Origin: an uncultured Candidatus Saccharibacteria bacterium
Lineage (GTDB): Bacteria; Patescibacteriota; Doudnabacteria; UBA920
NCBI GenBank assembly: GCA_964474825.1
Contig: CAYYWQ010000001.1
Location: 549,609 to 613,608 of the forward strand
DNA length: 64,000 nucleotides
Direction of reading: 5' to 3'
Numbering within the stretch: the first letter of the stretch is position 1; every line of letters starts with the position of its first letter. Position numbers and translations under genes: made by a program. Below, in pieces: positions 34,749-44,583 of this stretch. Under the pieces are notes generated by a model. The model was given only the letters and a program-made list of their open reading frames with translations. It searched no databases and was not told the origin of the DNA.

Positions 34749-36587
34749 TTAATATTTTATTTCAATAATTCTTAGTTTCAAATTTTTTCTGCCATTCCAA
34801 CTGTCTTCTATTAACTCCGCCGCAACCTCTACAGTATCCCCTACTTTTAAACTTTTTTCAAGAAAGCCTTGGTTAAAGGCAATGCTGTCGATGCTCACTG
34901 CGCCTTTTTGGAATTTTAATTGCAGATGCTGCTGCGTTGCACCCACGGTGCGCAGGCTGGTTATTTTTAAATTGGAAATAAAAAATTTAGGACGAAAATT
35001 TCCAACACCAAAGGGTTCGAAGTTAGCTAATAGCTGGTAGGTAGTAGCTTGTAGGTCAGATTCTCCTAATTCAGCTTCAAGATGCAAAACCGGAGACAAA
35101 TCTTCTTCCGAAAGATTCTTGTCCGCATACTCTAGGACCTTCATGTAAAACTTTTCAAAATCTTCAGTCTTTAAAGTAAGCCCTGCTGCTTGCTTGTGGC
35201 CGCCAAAGCGAACTAAATGTTCTCCTGCATATTTTAAAGCTTCCACTACATTAAATTCGCCCACTGTTCTGGCAGAACCAGTGGCTTCATTTTCTTCCTG
35301 AGAAAGCACAATTGCAGGCTTGCCAAAAGCATCGGAAATTCGGCCGGCAACCAAACCAACTATGCCTTTTGGCCAGTCTTCACCCATGAGGACTAAAACT
35401 TTTCTGTCGCTAATAAGTTCTGCCGCGCCCTTAGCCTCGCTCATAACCCGCTCAGTTAACTTCTGTCTGCGGCTGTTAATTTCTTCTAAAGCCACAGCTT
35501 TTTGCTGGGCACTGACCGGGTCTTTTTCCATTAAGAGATGGAGTGCGACGTTTGCATGCTCAAGCCTTCCGGCGGCGTTTAAGCGCGGCGCTACCACAAA
35601 ACCCAAAGTATAAGTATCGGCCGGCTTTCGGTTAAAATCTACACCCGCGGAATTCATTAAAGCCCGCAGCCCCACCCAGCGAGTTTTTTGCAAAACTTTA
35701 AGCCCGTATTTTACCAGTATGCGGTTTTCTCCCAAAAGAGAATGACAGTCCGCTACCGTGCCAATAGCTACTAAATCTAGTAGCCATTTCTCGTAACCTT
35801 CGATGTATTTTCTGTCATCCCGACCGACTCTGAGTGCATCCGAAGAGGAGCGGAGGGATCCCTCTTCTACTGAGTTTAAGGGATTCCTCGGCTCGGCTGC
35901 ACTCGCTCGGAATGACAAACATTTGATCACTTTTTCTTTTTGTGACAAAATCGCGCAAGCGAGTTTAAACGCCACCCCCACCCCTGTTATTTCTGAATAT
36001 GGATAATTATCGCTAGGATTTTTTGGATTAATAAGCGCGTAAGAATTCGGCACTTCCCCAATAATTTCGTGGTGGTCTGTTATTATAAAATCAATATTAT
36101 TTTTTTCACAAAATTCAGCCGCGTCCAGGGAATTAGTTCCGCAGTCTACCGTTATGATTATCTTTGATCCTTCATCTTTAATCTTTAACAGCGCTTCCAT
36201 ATTCACGCCATACCCTTCCGTAAACCTGTCAGGAATATAAGACATTACTTCCACTCCCAAATACCTAAAAGTTTGCTGGAGCACTGCGTTAGCTGTTACC
36301 GCGTCTGCGTCGTAGTCGCCGTAGATACATATTTTTTCGCCCCCTTCGATTGCCAACCAAATCCTGTCCACTGCCTTTTGCATATCCTTAAATAAAAAAG
36401 GGTCGTGCAACTTTTCGTACGCTGTGTCCAAAAACTCTTCTACCTCTTTTTTTTCTGTAAATCCCCGGTTATACAACAACTGCTGAACAAGCTCAGGAAA
36501 AGCTGATAATTTTTCCGCTTCAGCCTGCGGAATTTCTGGTTTTAACTTCCAAACTTTTTGCATATAAGCTATTTTAGCAGCAAGCAA
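34749..36587 (-). CDS. recJ: Single-stranded-DNA-specific exonuclease RecJ carrying an in-frame insert
   Basis: DHH (…IYGDYDADAVT…, …DHH…) and DHHA1 motifs. The segment …NSVEEGSLRSSSDALRVGRDD… is encoded by the palindromic element 35814..35896. Confidence 0.85.
   Translation of the reverse strand: MLAAKIAYMQKVWKLKPEIPQAEAEKLSAFPELVQQLLYNRGFTEKKEVEEFLDTAYEKLHDPFLFKDMQKAVDRIWLAIEGGEKICIYGDYDADAVTANAVLQQTFRYLGVEVMSYIPDRFTEGYGVNMEALLKIKDEGSKIIITVDCGTNSLDAAEFCEKNNIDFIITDHHEIIGEVPNSYALINPKNPSDNYPYSEITGVGVAFKLACAILSQKEKVIKCLSFRASAAEPRNPLNSVEEGSLRSSSDALRVGRDDRKYIEGYEKWLLDLVAIGTVADCHSLLGENRILVKYGLKVLQKTRWVGLRALMNSAGVDFNRKPADTYTLGFVVAPRLNAAGRLEHANVALHLLMEKDPVSAQQKAVALEEINSRRQKLTERVMSEAKGAAELISDRKVLVLMGEDWPKGIVGLVAGRISDAFGKPAIVLSQEENEATGSARTVGEFNVVEALKYAGEHLVRFGGHKQAAGLTLKTEDFEKFYMKVLEYADKNLSEEDLSPVLHLEAELGESDLQATTYQLLANFEPFGVGNFRPKFFISNLKITSLRTVGATQQHLQLKFQKGAVSIDSIAFNQGFLEKSLKVGDTVEVAAELIEDSWNGRKNLKLRIIEIKY
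35814..35896. mobile_element. Palindromic MITE-like element, copy B, in-frame inside recJ
   Basis: gtcatcccgac…gagtgcatccga…ggatccct…taagggattcctcgg…ctgcactcg…ggaatgac, the same family as 27853..27957. Confidence 0.7.
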
Positions 36588-36789
36588 AGATAATGTGTAG
36601 CGTGCCCATTTATGGGCATCTTGAGTCCATTCCCAAACTACGATATTAAATCATAACCTAAGAATGGATGGTCAGATTTGGAGGCCTGACCGATATTTTT
36701 TAACGAGGTTTCCTTCCTCTGGCTTCTAGCGGATTTGGAGGCCCACTAAGCCTAAACCATTCATATACAACCCTCCTTATTTATCAAAA

Positions 36790-37053
36790 CTACACCCAGG
36801 GCATTTCTTCGACTTTGACATCGGTGTCCGCGAACTGAGCCTTGACCTGCTCGGCCATATCGGGATCGATGTGCATTTCTGTTACGTTCACCTCGCCTTC
36901 TGGAGACACCTTAGCTTTAAAGTGTCCCATTCCATTGCCCCCAATAGGTGACGGCCCTTCCTTGCGTTGAATAAGCCAGACTCTGATTTCTTGCGACTCT
37001 AGAAGGCCAATACCCCGGAGCTTTTTGCTCACGTCCTTAAGCTGCATCGTCAT
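36790..37053 (-). CDS. Hypothetical small protein (87 aa), GC-rich operon gene 3
   Basis: The ORF is contiguous with upstream genes (ATGA overlap) and visibly GC-richer (by eye ~50%) than its neighbours. Confidence 0.45.
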   Translation of the reverse strand: MTMQLKDVSKKLRGIGLLESQEIRVWLIQRKEGPSPIGGNGMGHFKAKVSPEGEVNVTEMHIDPDMAEQVKAQFADTDVKVEEMPWV

Positions 37054-37241
37054 CCCCTTCCCTTTTGTCGGACTTTTTTTGTTTTACGCTGAGTTTTCGC
37101 TTTTCCCAAGATGGACTTAATCAACTTAGGCTTCCGATAACCGAGCAGCTCTTCGGCAATTCGCTGGTCGATCATAATGCTATATACGGAAGGTCCCCAA
37201 TAAGCCACTTGATCAGTTACGTTCCACCAAGTCTGTTTCAT
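37050..37241 (-). CDS. Hypothetical small basic protein (63 aa), GC-rich operon gene 2
   Basis: Trp-rich N-terminus and Lys/Arg-rich C-terminus. Start/stop overlap with the next gene. Confidence 0.4.
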   Translation of the reverse strand: MKQTWWNVTDQVAYWGPSVYSIMIDQRIAEELLGYRKPKLIKSILGKAKTQRKTKKVRQKGRG

Positions 37242-37253
37242 TTTTTCTCCTTC

Positions 37254-37550
37254 CTACCAACCATACGGGGACATGAGAGGGCTGCGATAGGAACTAAAAG
37301 GATAGTGCGCTGATTCTCCAACTACGCGCATATCCGAAACGCGCCGTCCGAACGGCGTTGAGCCTGATCTTCCACAGCCGCATGGGGACAACCCTATTAA
37401 CTCATGACAGTCTGCGGCGCAATCAGATACCTGGACGAATTTCGGGATCCAAAATTTCTGTCCAGATATCACTTGTTCAAGAATTTTGTTGACGTACCCC
37501 TCCGCTTCGTCCTTTGTGAAGTGGTGGGGACAAACAGAGTTATCTTTCAC
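37254..37550 (-). CDS. Hypothetical Cys/His-rich small protein (98 aa), GC-rich operon gene 1
   Basis: C7/H9/H10 … C44 … C48 … C57-x-C59, a putative zinc ribbon. Confidence 0.45.
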   Translation of the reverse strand: MKDNSVCPHHFTKDEAEGYVNKILEQVISGQKFWIPKFVQVSDCAADCHELIGLSPCGCGRSGSTPFGRRVSDMRVVGESAHYPFSSYRSPLMSPYGW

Positions 37551-37861
37551 TTTTCCCTCTTTCCTTGCAAACGAGTATCCAGCACACTTACCGCTTGCGT
37601 TTTGAATTTGTGCTGGCTAATAACTACTTAATAATCATTGGCCAAAACAAAAACACCTTCCGCAAAGGCCGGAGGGTGCTTAATAAATATACCTATATTT
37701 TAGGCAACATTAAATCCCGGGCTTTGCGAATACAAAGTCCAGTTCCAAGAAGAATTAAATTTAATAGCCAAATGTGTCATACAAATATAATACACAACCG
37801 CGAGTCCTTTGTCAACTACTGCACTAGTGCAGTAGTGCATAAGGATTGGATATTTTTTATT

Positions 37862-38398
37862 TTACCATATATCTTCTATCTTATTACCAGAAGCCGAAGG
37901 TACTGGCGGTGGAGGGCCTCCCTCCCCACTTGGCGGCATTACTACAGGCGTTTCGTTGATTGTCGCCTCAGCGTTAGGTTTAAATCCTGGATTTTCAACA
38001 ACAGACAAATTTAAAGCGTCTATATAACCTTTTATAAACCTGCTTGGTAATCTTGTCCTGTTTTTGCCATTAACGTTTATGGTCTCAGTCAATTGTTGTT
38101 TTCTTAATCCATTTGGTATTTCAATTACCACGACAAACTTATGCTCTTTATGAGGCCAACTCATTGATTTGTTAAAAATCTCTTGCGCATTTTCATTTTT
38201 ACCTTTGGTTGAGTCCGTAAGCGGAATAGCCATTTCTGTCAAACTGTAGGCAGGATTAACAATAATTCCATTTTTTAAAATATCATCGGCCAACTCTTTT
38301 ACCGGTGTCCCATGTCCCCAAACAGAATGACCTTCAATAAGCAACCGCTTTTCAATATCTTGCAATAATCCATTTTTCATTTCTGCTTCGTGATCCAT
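37862..38398 (-). CDS. Hypothetical protein with Pro/Gly-rich C-terminus
   Basis: 178 aa ORF with no recognised motif. Confidence 0.4.
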   Translation of the reverse strand: MDHEAEMKNGLLQDIEKRLLIEGHSVWGHGTPVKELADDILKNGIIVNPAYSLTEMAIPLTDSTKGKNENAQEIFNKSMSWPHKEHKFVVVIEIPNGLRKQQLTETINVNGKNRTRLPSRFIKGYIDALNLSVVENPGFKPNAEATINETPVVMPPSGEGGPPPPVPSASGNKIEDIW

Positions 38399-38408
38399 AT
38401 AAAATATG

Positions 38409-40001
38409 TTATATTTGTTCCAACAAATTCACTCCGGTCATTTCCGGAGGTTTAGGCAGGCCGAATAAATTTAAAATTGTTGGGGCTATGTCGCTTATTA
38501 CACCTTCGGGTACTTGGGCGGCAAGGCCTACATAGCCACGGTGCAGCGGGGCTTTAAATTTTAATTCGTTGGCAATAATTAAAAGGGGTACAGGGTTGGT
38601 GGTGTGGTCTTTGTCTATGTCGCCGGTTTTAGTGTTTATCATTTGTTCGCAGTTGCCGTGGTCAGCCGTAAGGAGCATAACTGCGTCTGTTAAAAGAGCC
38701 GAGTCCATAATTTTTTTAAGGCACGTGTCTAAAAATTCCACGGCCAGGGTTACGGCTTTTAAATTGCCGGTATGCCCCACCATGTCGGTGTTAGCGAAGT
38801 TGGCCACAAAAAAGTTTGTGTTTGTGGAGCTTATTTTAGAAGTTAAAATGTCTGTGAGTTCCTCTGCGGACATTTGCGGATGGTCCACATAATTCTTGCT
38901 GTTTTCCGGACTATTCACAATAACCCTTTCTTCACCCGGATATTTTTCGGCCCGGCCGCAGTTAAAAAATGCCGTAACGTGAGCGTATTTTTCCGTTTCC
39001 GCAATATGGAATTGTTGCAGACCTACGTTCGAAAGCACTTCTGCTAAATTGTTTTTTAAATTAACCGAGGGAAACGCTATTTTTACAGGAAGTCCCGGTT
39101 CGTATTCCGTCATTGTGGCAAAATACAAATTCTGCAGTCTCCTGCCGGCAAACCCTCCGGCAATTTTTTCCGGTTCCACAAACGCGCGGGTCAGCTGAAG
39201 CGCCCGGTCGGAACGAAAATTAAAAAATATTATGGAATCATTGTCGGAAATTTTCCCTGTGGGCTGGCCGTTATTTAAAATAACAGTGGGCTTTATCATT
39301 TCGTCAAAAATCTGCTGGCTGTAATTGTTTTGTATGCAGTCTTCCGCTGATGCGGCTGTTAAACCCTGTCCTTCTACGAGGGCTTGATATGTTAGTAGTG
39401 TCTGGTGCCAGTGCCCGCCGCGGTCCATAGCATAAAACCTGCCAGCCATAGTGGCAATTTGCCCCAAACCAATGCGTCCGATTCTTTCCCGCAAAACCTT
39501 TAAAGTCTCCACGGCTATTTTTTGGTCGGTGTCACGCCCGTCTGTGAACATGTGAACAAATACGCGTTTAAAATCCTGCTCCGCGCAAAGCCCCAGCAGC
39601 GCGTATAAATGTTCGTCTAAACTATGCACTCCGCCCGGGCTTATCATTCCCATTAGGTGAAGATTGGAATTATTTTTTTTGGCGTGATTTACGGCCTCAA
39701 CCAAAACTTCATTCTTAAAAAACATCCCGCTTTGAATAGAAGCGGTAATTCTGGGCAAGTCCTGACCCACAATCCGGCCGGCTCCAATATTTAAGTGCCC
39801 AACCTCGCTATTTCCCATTTCTCCCCAAGGAAGCCCTACCAAGGGACCGCTAGCCTGCAAGGTCATACTGGGGAAATTATTTATGGCGTAATTTAAATTC
39901 GGCGTCTTGGCCTGAGAAATAGCATTGCCGTGAACTGCGGGAGCAACACCAAAACCGTCAAAAATTACCAAGACTACCTTTTTATATATCCTGTGATTCA
40001 T
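38409..40001 (-). CDS. gpmI: 2,3-bisphosphoglycerate-independent phosphoglycerate mutase
   Basis: …VVLVIFDGFGV…, metalloenzyme iPGM motifs throughout the 530 aa. Confidence 0.9.
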   Translation of the reverse strand: MNHRIYKKVVLVIFDGFGVAPAVHGNAISQAKTPNLNYAINNFPSMTLQASGPLVGLPWGEMGNSEVGHLNIGAGRIVGQDLPRITASIQSGMFFKNEVLVEAVNHAKKNNSNLHLMGMISPGGVHSLDEHLYALLGLCAEQDFKRVFVHMFTDGRDTDQKIAVETLKVLRERIGRIGLGQIATMAGRFYAMDRGGHWHQTLLTYQALVEGQGLTAASAEDCIQNNYSQQIFDEMIKPTVILNNGQPTGKISDNDSIIFFNFRSDRALQLTRAFVEPEKIAGGFAGRRLQNLYFATMTEYEPGLPVKIAFPSVNLKNNLAEVLSNVGLQQFHIAETEKYAHVTAFFNCGRAEKYPGEERVIVNSPENSKNYVDHPQMSAEELTDILTSKISSTNTNFFVANFANTDMVGHTGNLKAVTLAVEFLDTCLKKIMDSALLTDAVMLLTADHGNCEQMINTKTGDIDKDHTTNPVPLLIIANELKFKAPLHRGYVGLAAQVPEGVISDIAPTILNLFGLPKPPEMTGVNLLEQI

Positions 40002-40088
40002 TTAGCTTTAATTTTTGTTTCTGCGTTAGCTGGTAGTTAGTAGCTTGTAGGTGGTAGCCAGCAAAAATGCCTGGCTACTGACTACTCC

Positions 40089-41342
40089 CTACTTACTACC
40101 GACTAGCAACTCAATCTCCATTAACCTATTATATTTACAAACCCTCTCTCCTCTTGTGGGCCCAACTTTAATCCATTTGCTTCCAACAGCAACTGCTAAG
40201 TCCACCAAAAAGGTGTCATTAGTTTCGCCGCCGCCACGGTGTGATGGGATAGTTATCATGTTGTGTTTATTTGCCAGCAAACAACACTCAACGGTTTCCG
40301 TTACTGTCCCGGCCTGGTTAAGTTTAATTAAAATTGCATTTGCAGCTTTTTGGTCAATTGCTTTTTGCCAAAGCTTTACATTAGTCACTGTTAAATCATC
40401 TGCCACAACGACAGCGGAAGATTTGCTCATTAAAAGGGGCCAATGTTCCCAATCAAATTCCGAAAGCATGTCTTCCCATGCCACTATGGGATATTTTTGT
40501 AGCCATGGCAAAAACATTTCAATAACTTCCCCTGAACTTAAAACCTTATTTTCTATAGATAGAGTATATTTGCCATCTTTGTAAAATTCAGAAGCCGCGG
40601 CGTCTATGTATATGCCTGCGTCTTCGCCGGGTTTGTACCCAGCGGCTGTAATAGCTTGGGTAATAAGCTCCAAAGGCAACTCGTTATTGCCAATACCTTC
40701 CGGCGCGAACGCTCCTTCGTTTCCCACATTAGTAGAAAACTTTTTTTCTTTCAAAATCTTCTTTAAAGCTTTATAAACCTCTTCCATCATACGAACATTT
40801 TCCGCGGCAGATTGTTCTTTAACCACTGCCAAAATGTATTCCTGTAAATCTGTTGAATTGTCGGCATGTTTGCCTCCTTCAATAAATACTCCTAAAGGCT
40901 TAGGTAATTTTATAGAAGATGATGGAATATTATAAGCTTTCTGTAACCATTCATAAAGTTCCAGCCCCTCATCTGCCGCTGCTGCCCGGGCCACTGCCAT
41001 AGACACTCCTAGAATTGCATTAGCGCCCCAATTCCCTTTATTTTCTGTGCCGTCGCCCTTTATCATCAACTCGTCTATTTCTCTTAAATTTGAAGCGTTT
41101 TTGCCCAAAAGCATTGGCGCTATAACGTTGTTAACATTTGCAACAGCCTTTAACATTCCTTTTCCGTTGTATCGGGTCTTGTCGCCGTCTAACATTACAA
41201 AAGCCTCTTTGCTTCCGGCAGAAGCACCATAAGAAACAGACGCAATTCCAACTGCACCGGAATCTAAAGTTACTTTAACCTCGACACTAGGTTCTCCCCC
41301 GCTGGCCAAAATTTCCCTTGCCTGAATTTTTTTGATTGTCAT
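40089..41342 (-). CDS. eno: Enolase
   Basis: …IQAREILASGGEPSVEV… and …SHRGGGETNDTF… (SHRSGETED-like). Confidence 0.9.
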   Translation of the reverse strand: MTIKKIQAREILASGGEPSVEVKVTLDSGAVGIASVSYGASAGSKEAFVMLDGDKTRYNGKGMLKAVANVNNVIAPMLLGKNASNLREIDELMIKGDGTENKGNWGANAILGVSMAVARAAAADEGLELYEWLQKAYNIPSSSIKLPKPLGVFIEGGKHADNSTDLQEYILAVVKEQSAAENVRMMEEVYKALKKILKEKKFSTNVGNEGAFAPEGIGNNELPLELITQAITAAGYKPGEDAGIYIDAAASEFYKDGKYTLSIENKVLSSGEVIEMFLPWLQKYPIVAWEDMLSEFDWEHWPLLMSKSSAVVVADDLTVTNVKLWQKAIDQKAANAILIKLNQAGTVTETVECCLLANKHNMITIPSHRGGGETNDTFLVDLAVAVGSKWIKVGPTRGERVCKYNRLMEIELLVGSK

Positions 41343-41375
41343 AAAAAAGAGTTAATTTCTAGGGTTATTATAGCA

Positions 41376-41402
41376 TAAAAATAACAGGGCATTTGCCCTG
41401 TT
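41376..41402 (-). terminator. Intrinsic terminator downstream of pgk
   Basis: aacagggc-attt-gccctgtt with a U-run on the minus strand. Confidence 0.65.
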
Positions 41403-41418
41403 ATTTGAATTTTCCAAA

Positions 41419-42645
41419 TTATTTTAGGGCCTCTATTCCCGGGAGCTTCTCCCCGGCCAAATATTCCAGCATAGCTCCCCCGCCCGTGGAAACATGGTCA
41501 AGATGGTCTATTTGGTGCGCTTGGCGAATAGCGTCCACCGTGTCTCCCCCGCCGGCAACAACAAAAGCATGCCCTTTGCCGCGGCCGCCAATTAAACGAG
41601 CCAGGGCCATGGTAGCATGGTGGAAAGGCTTTTTTTCAAAATATCCTAAAGGCCCACTCCACACAATAGTTTTAGCTTTTTTAATTTCTTCAGCAAAAGC
41701 CAAGATAGTTTTTGGTCCTGCATCTAAGACCTGTTCTTTTTTGCCGATTTCATAAGGCTTGGTTACGCGAATGGAATCTTGATCCATTTTTTCGTCTGCA
41801 ACAACAACGTCTACTGGTAACAAAAGTTTGTCTTTAAAATTTCTTTGGATTTCCCAGGCGGTCTTAGCCTCGCCTTCTTCAACCTTAGACAAACCAATTT
41901 CAAAATCTTTTGTCTTAAACATTAAGTTGGCAACCCCGCCGCCCACTAAAATTTTGTCCGCCTTCTTACCTAAATTAGTTAAAGCCCCAACTTTTTCCGA
42001 AAGCTTTATCCCACCGGTCATTACTACAAAAGGATGTTTGGCCGATTTCAGCACTGCGTCCAAAGATTTTATTTCTCTTTCTAAAAGCAATCCGGCGTAA
42101 GAAGGTAAATGTTTGGTAACGCCTACGGTAGAGGCCGACTCCCTGTGGTCAACACCAAAAGCATCATTTACATAAACGTCAGCAAAGCTCGACAACTTTT
42201 TAGCAAACACCGGGTCGTTTTCTTCTTCTCCTTCATAAAAACGCAAATTTTCCAGCAAGATAACATCTTTAGTTGGAGCCATTGCCAGTTGCCCCTGATG
42301 TTTTTCTTCTAAAATGTTTCCGGAATAAAAAATAAAATGGTTAATTTCGTAATCAGGCAAAGCATGGTCGGTTTCCAAAAATTTATACCCCAGCATTTCA
42401 CTCATAAGTTTCGCAACTGGTTTCAAACTTAGCTTTGCATCTTTCTTTCCTTTTGGTCTTCCTAGATGCCCGCACACAATTACCGTATTGCCGTCTTTTT
42501 GTAAATGCTTAATGGTAGGAATAATTTGCTCTATCCTATAGGTATCCGAAACCTCCCCAGTGTCTTTGTCTAAAGGCACGTTAACATCAACCCGTAATAA
42601 TACGGTTTTGTTTTTTACTGTTGATGTTTTTAAATATTTTATGGC
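41419..42645 (-). CDS. pgk: Phosphoglycerate kinase
   Basis: …RVDVNVP…, …GGGDTV… and PGK fold motifs. Start set at MAIKYLK; the track ORF extends to 42708. Confidence 0.9.
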   Translation of the reverse strand, partial: AIKYLKTSTVKNKTVLLRVDVNVPLDKDTGEVSDTYRIEQIIPTIKHLQKDGNTVIVCGHLGRPKGKKDAKLSLKPVAKLMSEMLGYKFLETDHALPDYEINHFIFYSGNILEEKHQGQLAMAPTKDVILLENLRFYEGEEENDPVFAKKLSSFADVYVNDAFGVDHRESASTVGVTKHLPSYAGLLLEREIKSLDAVLKSAKHPFVVMTGGIKLSEKVGALTNLGKKADKILVGGGVANLMFKTKDFEIGLSKVEEGEAKTAWEIQRNFKDKLLLPVDVVVADEKMDQDSIRVTKPYEIGKKEQVLDAGPKTILAFAEEIKKAKTIVWSGPLGYFEKKPFHHATMALARLIGGRGKGHAFVVAGGGDTVDAIRQAHQIDHLDHVSTGGGAMLEYLAGEKLPGIEALK

Positions 42646-42655
42646 CATAAAATCC

Positions 42656-42952
42656 TTATCGGTGAGAACAGCCAGCTCGAACACAAAAGTCCAAATTGTA
42701 TCTTGCAATAAAAGCTAGCGTCAAAAAGAAAAATAAAACCAAATATAGAGATCTAATAATATTACTTTTATTAATATAGGATTTTTCGACATTTTCCCAA
42801 GTAACAAGACCAATGCTCAAAAGAAAACCCGATGATGCCAGCATCCAAGCCTTGGTTATATTAGAGGCGATCCAATTACTTACAAAATCAAAAACCATCA
42901 AGGCTATACAAATAAAGGACAAAAAATACAGAATGGCCTTTAGTTTACTCAT
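42656..42952 (-). CDS. Small membrane protein, hypothetical
   Basis: 98 aa, three TM helices, between gap and pgk. Confidence 0.4.
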   Translation of the reverse strand: MSKLKAILYFLSFICIALMVFDFVSNWIASNITKAWMLASSGFLLSIGLVTWENVEKSYINKSNIIRSLYLVLFFFLTLAFIARYNLDFCVRAGCSHR

Positions 42953-42955
42953 AAA

Positions 42956-43981
42956 CTAATTTTTCCCGACCATTATTACTTCTTCAACCAAGCGATGTGA
43001 ATAACCAAACTCGTTGTCATACCAAGCTACAACCTTAACAAAGTTACCGTCTACTACTTGCGTTAAAGCTAAATCCACTATAGATGAAGCAGGGTTGCCG
43101 ACGATGTCAGAAAGTACTATTGGTTCGTTGGTTACTTCCAAAATACCTTTGTATTTCTTCAGCTCCGAAGCTTCTGTAAAGGCTTGATTAATTTCTTCTT
43201 TGGTTACATTTTTCTTTAGGAGCAATGTGAAATCAGATAACGACCCGACAGGGGTTGGTACGCGGAAAGAAACGCCATCAAATTTCCCTTTGAGTGATGG
43301 GATGGCTTGAGTGGCGGAAATAGCCGCGCCGGTTGTGGTAGGAATAATGTTAACAGCAGCTGCACGGGCTCTGCGAAGGTCGTTAGACTTCCCTCCAGGA
43401 GGCGGACCGTCTACCAAATTTTGTTCAGCTGTGTAGCTATGAATGGTAGACATAAATGCTTTTTCCACACCAAATTTTTCGTTTAAAACTTCCAAAACCG
43501 GGGCAATACAGTTTGTTGTGCAGGAGGCGTTGCTGATAATATTCATCGATGACTGATATTTGTCCTGGTTGACTCCCAAAACGATTGTGGGAGTAATGCC
43601 TTCGTCTTTAGCAGGAGCTGAAATAATAACTTTTTTTGCTCCGGCCTTAAGGTGCGCGCCGGCTTTTTCGCTGTCTGTAAAACGACCGGTGCATTCCATG
43701 ACTACATCTACCCCAAGTTTGCCCCACGGCAAAAGACTTGGTTCTTTTTCCGCGCAGACCGGATATTTTTTCCCGTCTACAATAATATTAGTTTCATCAA
43801 ATTCTACTTTTCTGTGGTACCTGCCGTAAACGCTGTCGTACTTCAAAAGATGAGCCAATACAGAAGTAGCGCTCAAGTCATTTATACCCACAACCTCCAC
43901 TTCCTTGTGCTCCAACGCCACTTTAAAAGCCTGCCTGCCAATTCTCCCAAAACCATTTATACCTACTTTTATTGTTTTCAT
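42956..43981 (-). CDS. gap: Glyceraldehyde-3-phosphate dehydrogenase, type I
   Basis: INGFGRIGR and ASCTTNCIAP motifs. Confidence 0.9.
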   Translation of the reverse strand: MKTIKVGINGFGRIGRQAFKVALEHKEVEVVGINDLSATSVLAHLLKYDSVYGRYHRKVEFDETNIIVDGKKYPVCAEKEPSLLPWGKLGVDVVMECTGRFTDSEKAGAHLKAGAKKVIISAPAKDEGITPTIVLGVNQDKYQSSMNIISNASCTTNCIAPVLEVLNEKFGVEKAFMSTIHSYTAEQNLVDGPPPGGKSNDLRRARAAAVNIIPTTTGAAISATQAIPSLKGKFDGVSFRVPTPVGSLSDFTLLLKKNVTKEEINQAFTEASELKKYKGILEVTNEPIVLSDIVGNPASSIVDLALTQVVDGNFVKVVAWYDNEFGYSHRLVEEVIMVGKN

Positions 43982-44583
43982 TATAAATTCCTTTTCTCCA
44001 GCGTTAAACTGGCGCCTAAATTATTTTGATTTTCAACATTCAAAAAATACTTTTCCGAAACTATAGCAATCAACAACAGCATTACAGACTGCCAGATCAT
44101 GAATAAAACTGGGTAGTTCCCATTAGCATTAGGATAAACTCCCGACAATCCTAAAATTGCACTGCATAGGCTAAGCAATAAAACTTCCTTAAAACTTATT
44201 TTGACAACTAGCCATCTAAATGTTACTAGGGTCAAAAATCCACCTACTAACCCTCCAACAAAAAAGGCGAAATATCCACTTGGTTGCCCCATTAAATCCC
44301 TACCCGATCCCTGGGTCGTAGTGGCAACAATAAAAAATGTTGTCCAAAAAGCCACGTTGTAAGCAATTACACACAAAATTACCCAACCAACATAGTTCAA
44401 CCATTTTTGTAATTCCTGGAAAACAGTAAAATAAAGACAAGCTGCGAGCCCAAACAATACTCCGGCCACTGGCATGATTGGACCAAGATCATTATTCAAA
44501 CCCAAACTTGGTAAATAAACTGTTAATCCTCCCGAAATTAAACCGAAAACCAAGGCAAAAAGAAACTTACTTTTCATATCCAT
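43981..44583 (-). CDS. Membrane protein, hypothetical
   Basis: 200 aa, about five TM helices. Confidence 0.45.
   Translation of the reverse strand: MDMKSKFLFALVFGLISGGLTVYLPSLGLNNDLGPIMPVAGVLFGLAACLYFTVFQELQKWLNYVGWVILCVIAYNVAFWTTFFIVATTTQGSGRDLMGQPSGYFAFFVGGLVGGFLTLVTFRWLVVKISFKEVLLLSLCSAILGLSGVYPNANGNYPVLFMIWQSVMLLLIAIVSEKYFLNVENQNNLGASLTLEKRNL

Noticed and set aside
40002-40088. Possibility that the gtag/ctac-rich spacer is a tRNA or other small RNA gene
   Set aside because: No cloverleaf could be drawn. It folds as a single long imperfect hairpin between eno and gpmI and more likely acts as an intercistronic stem-loop or attenuator.
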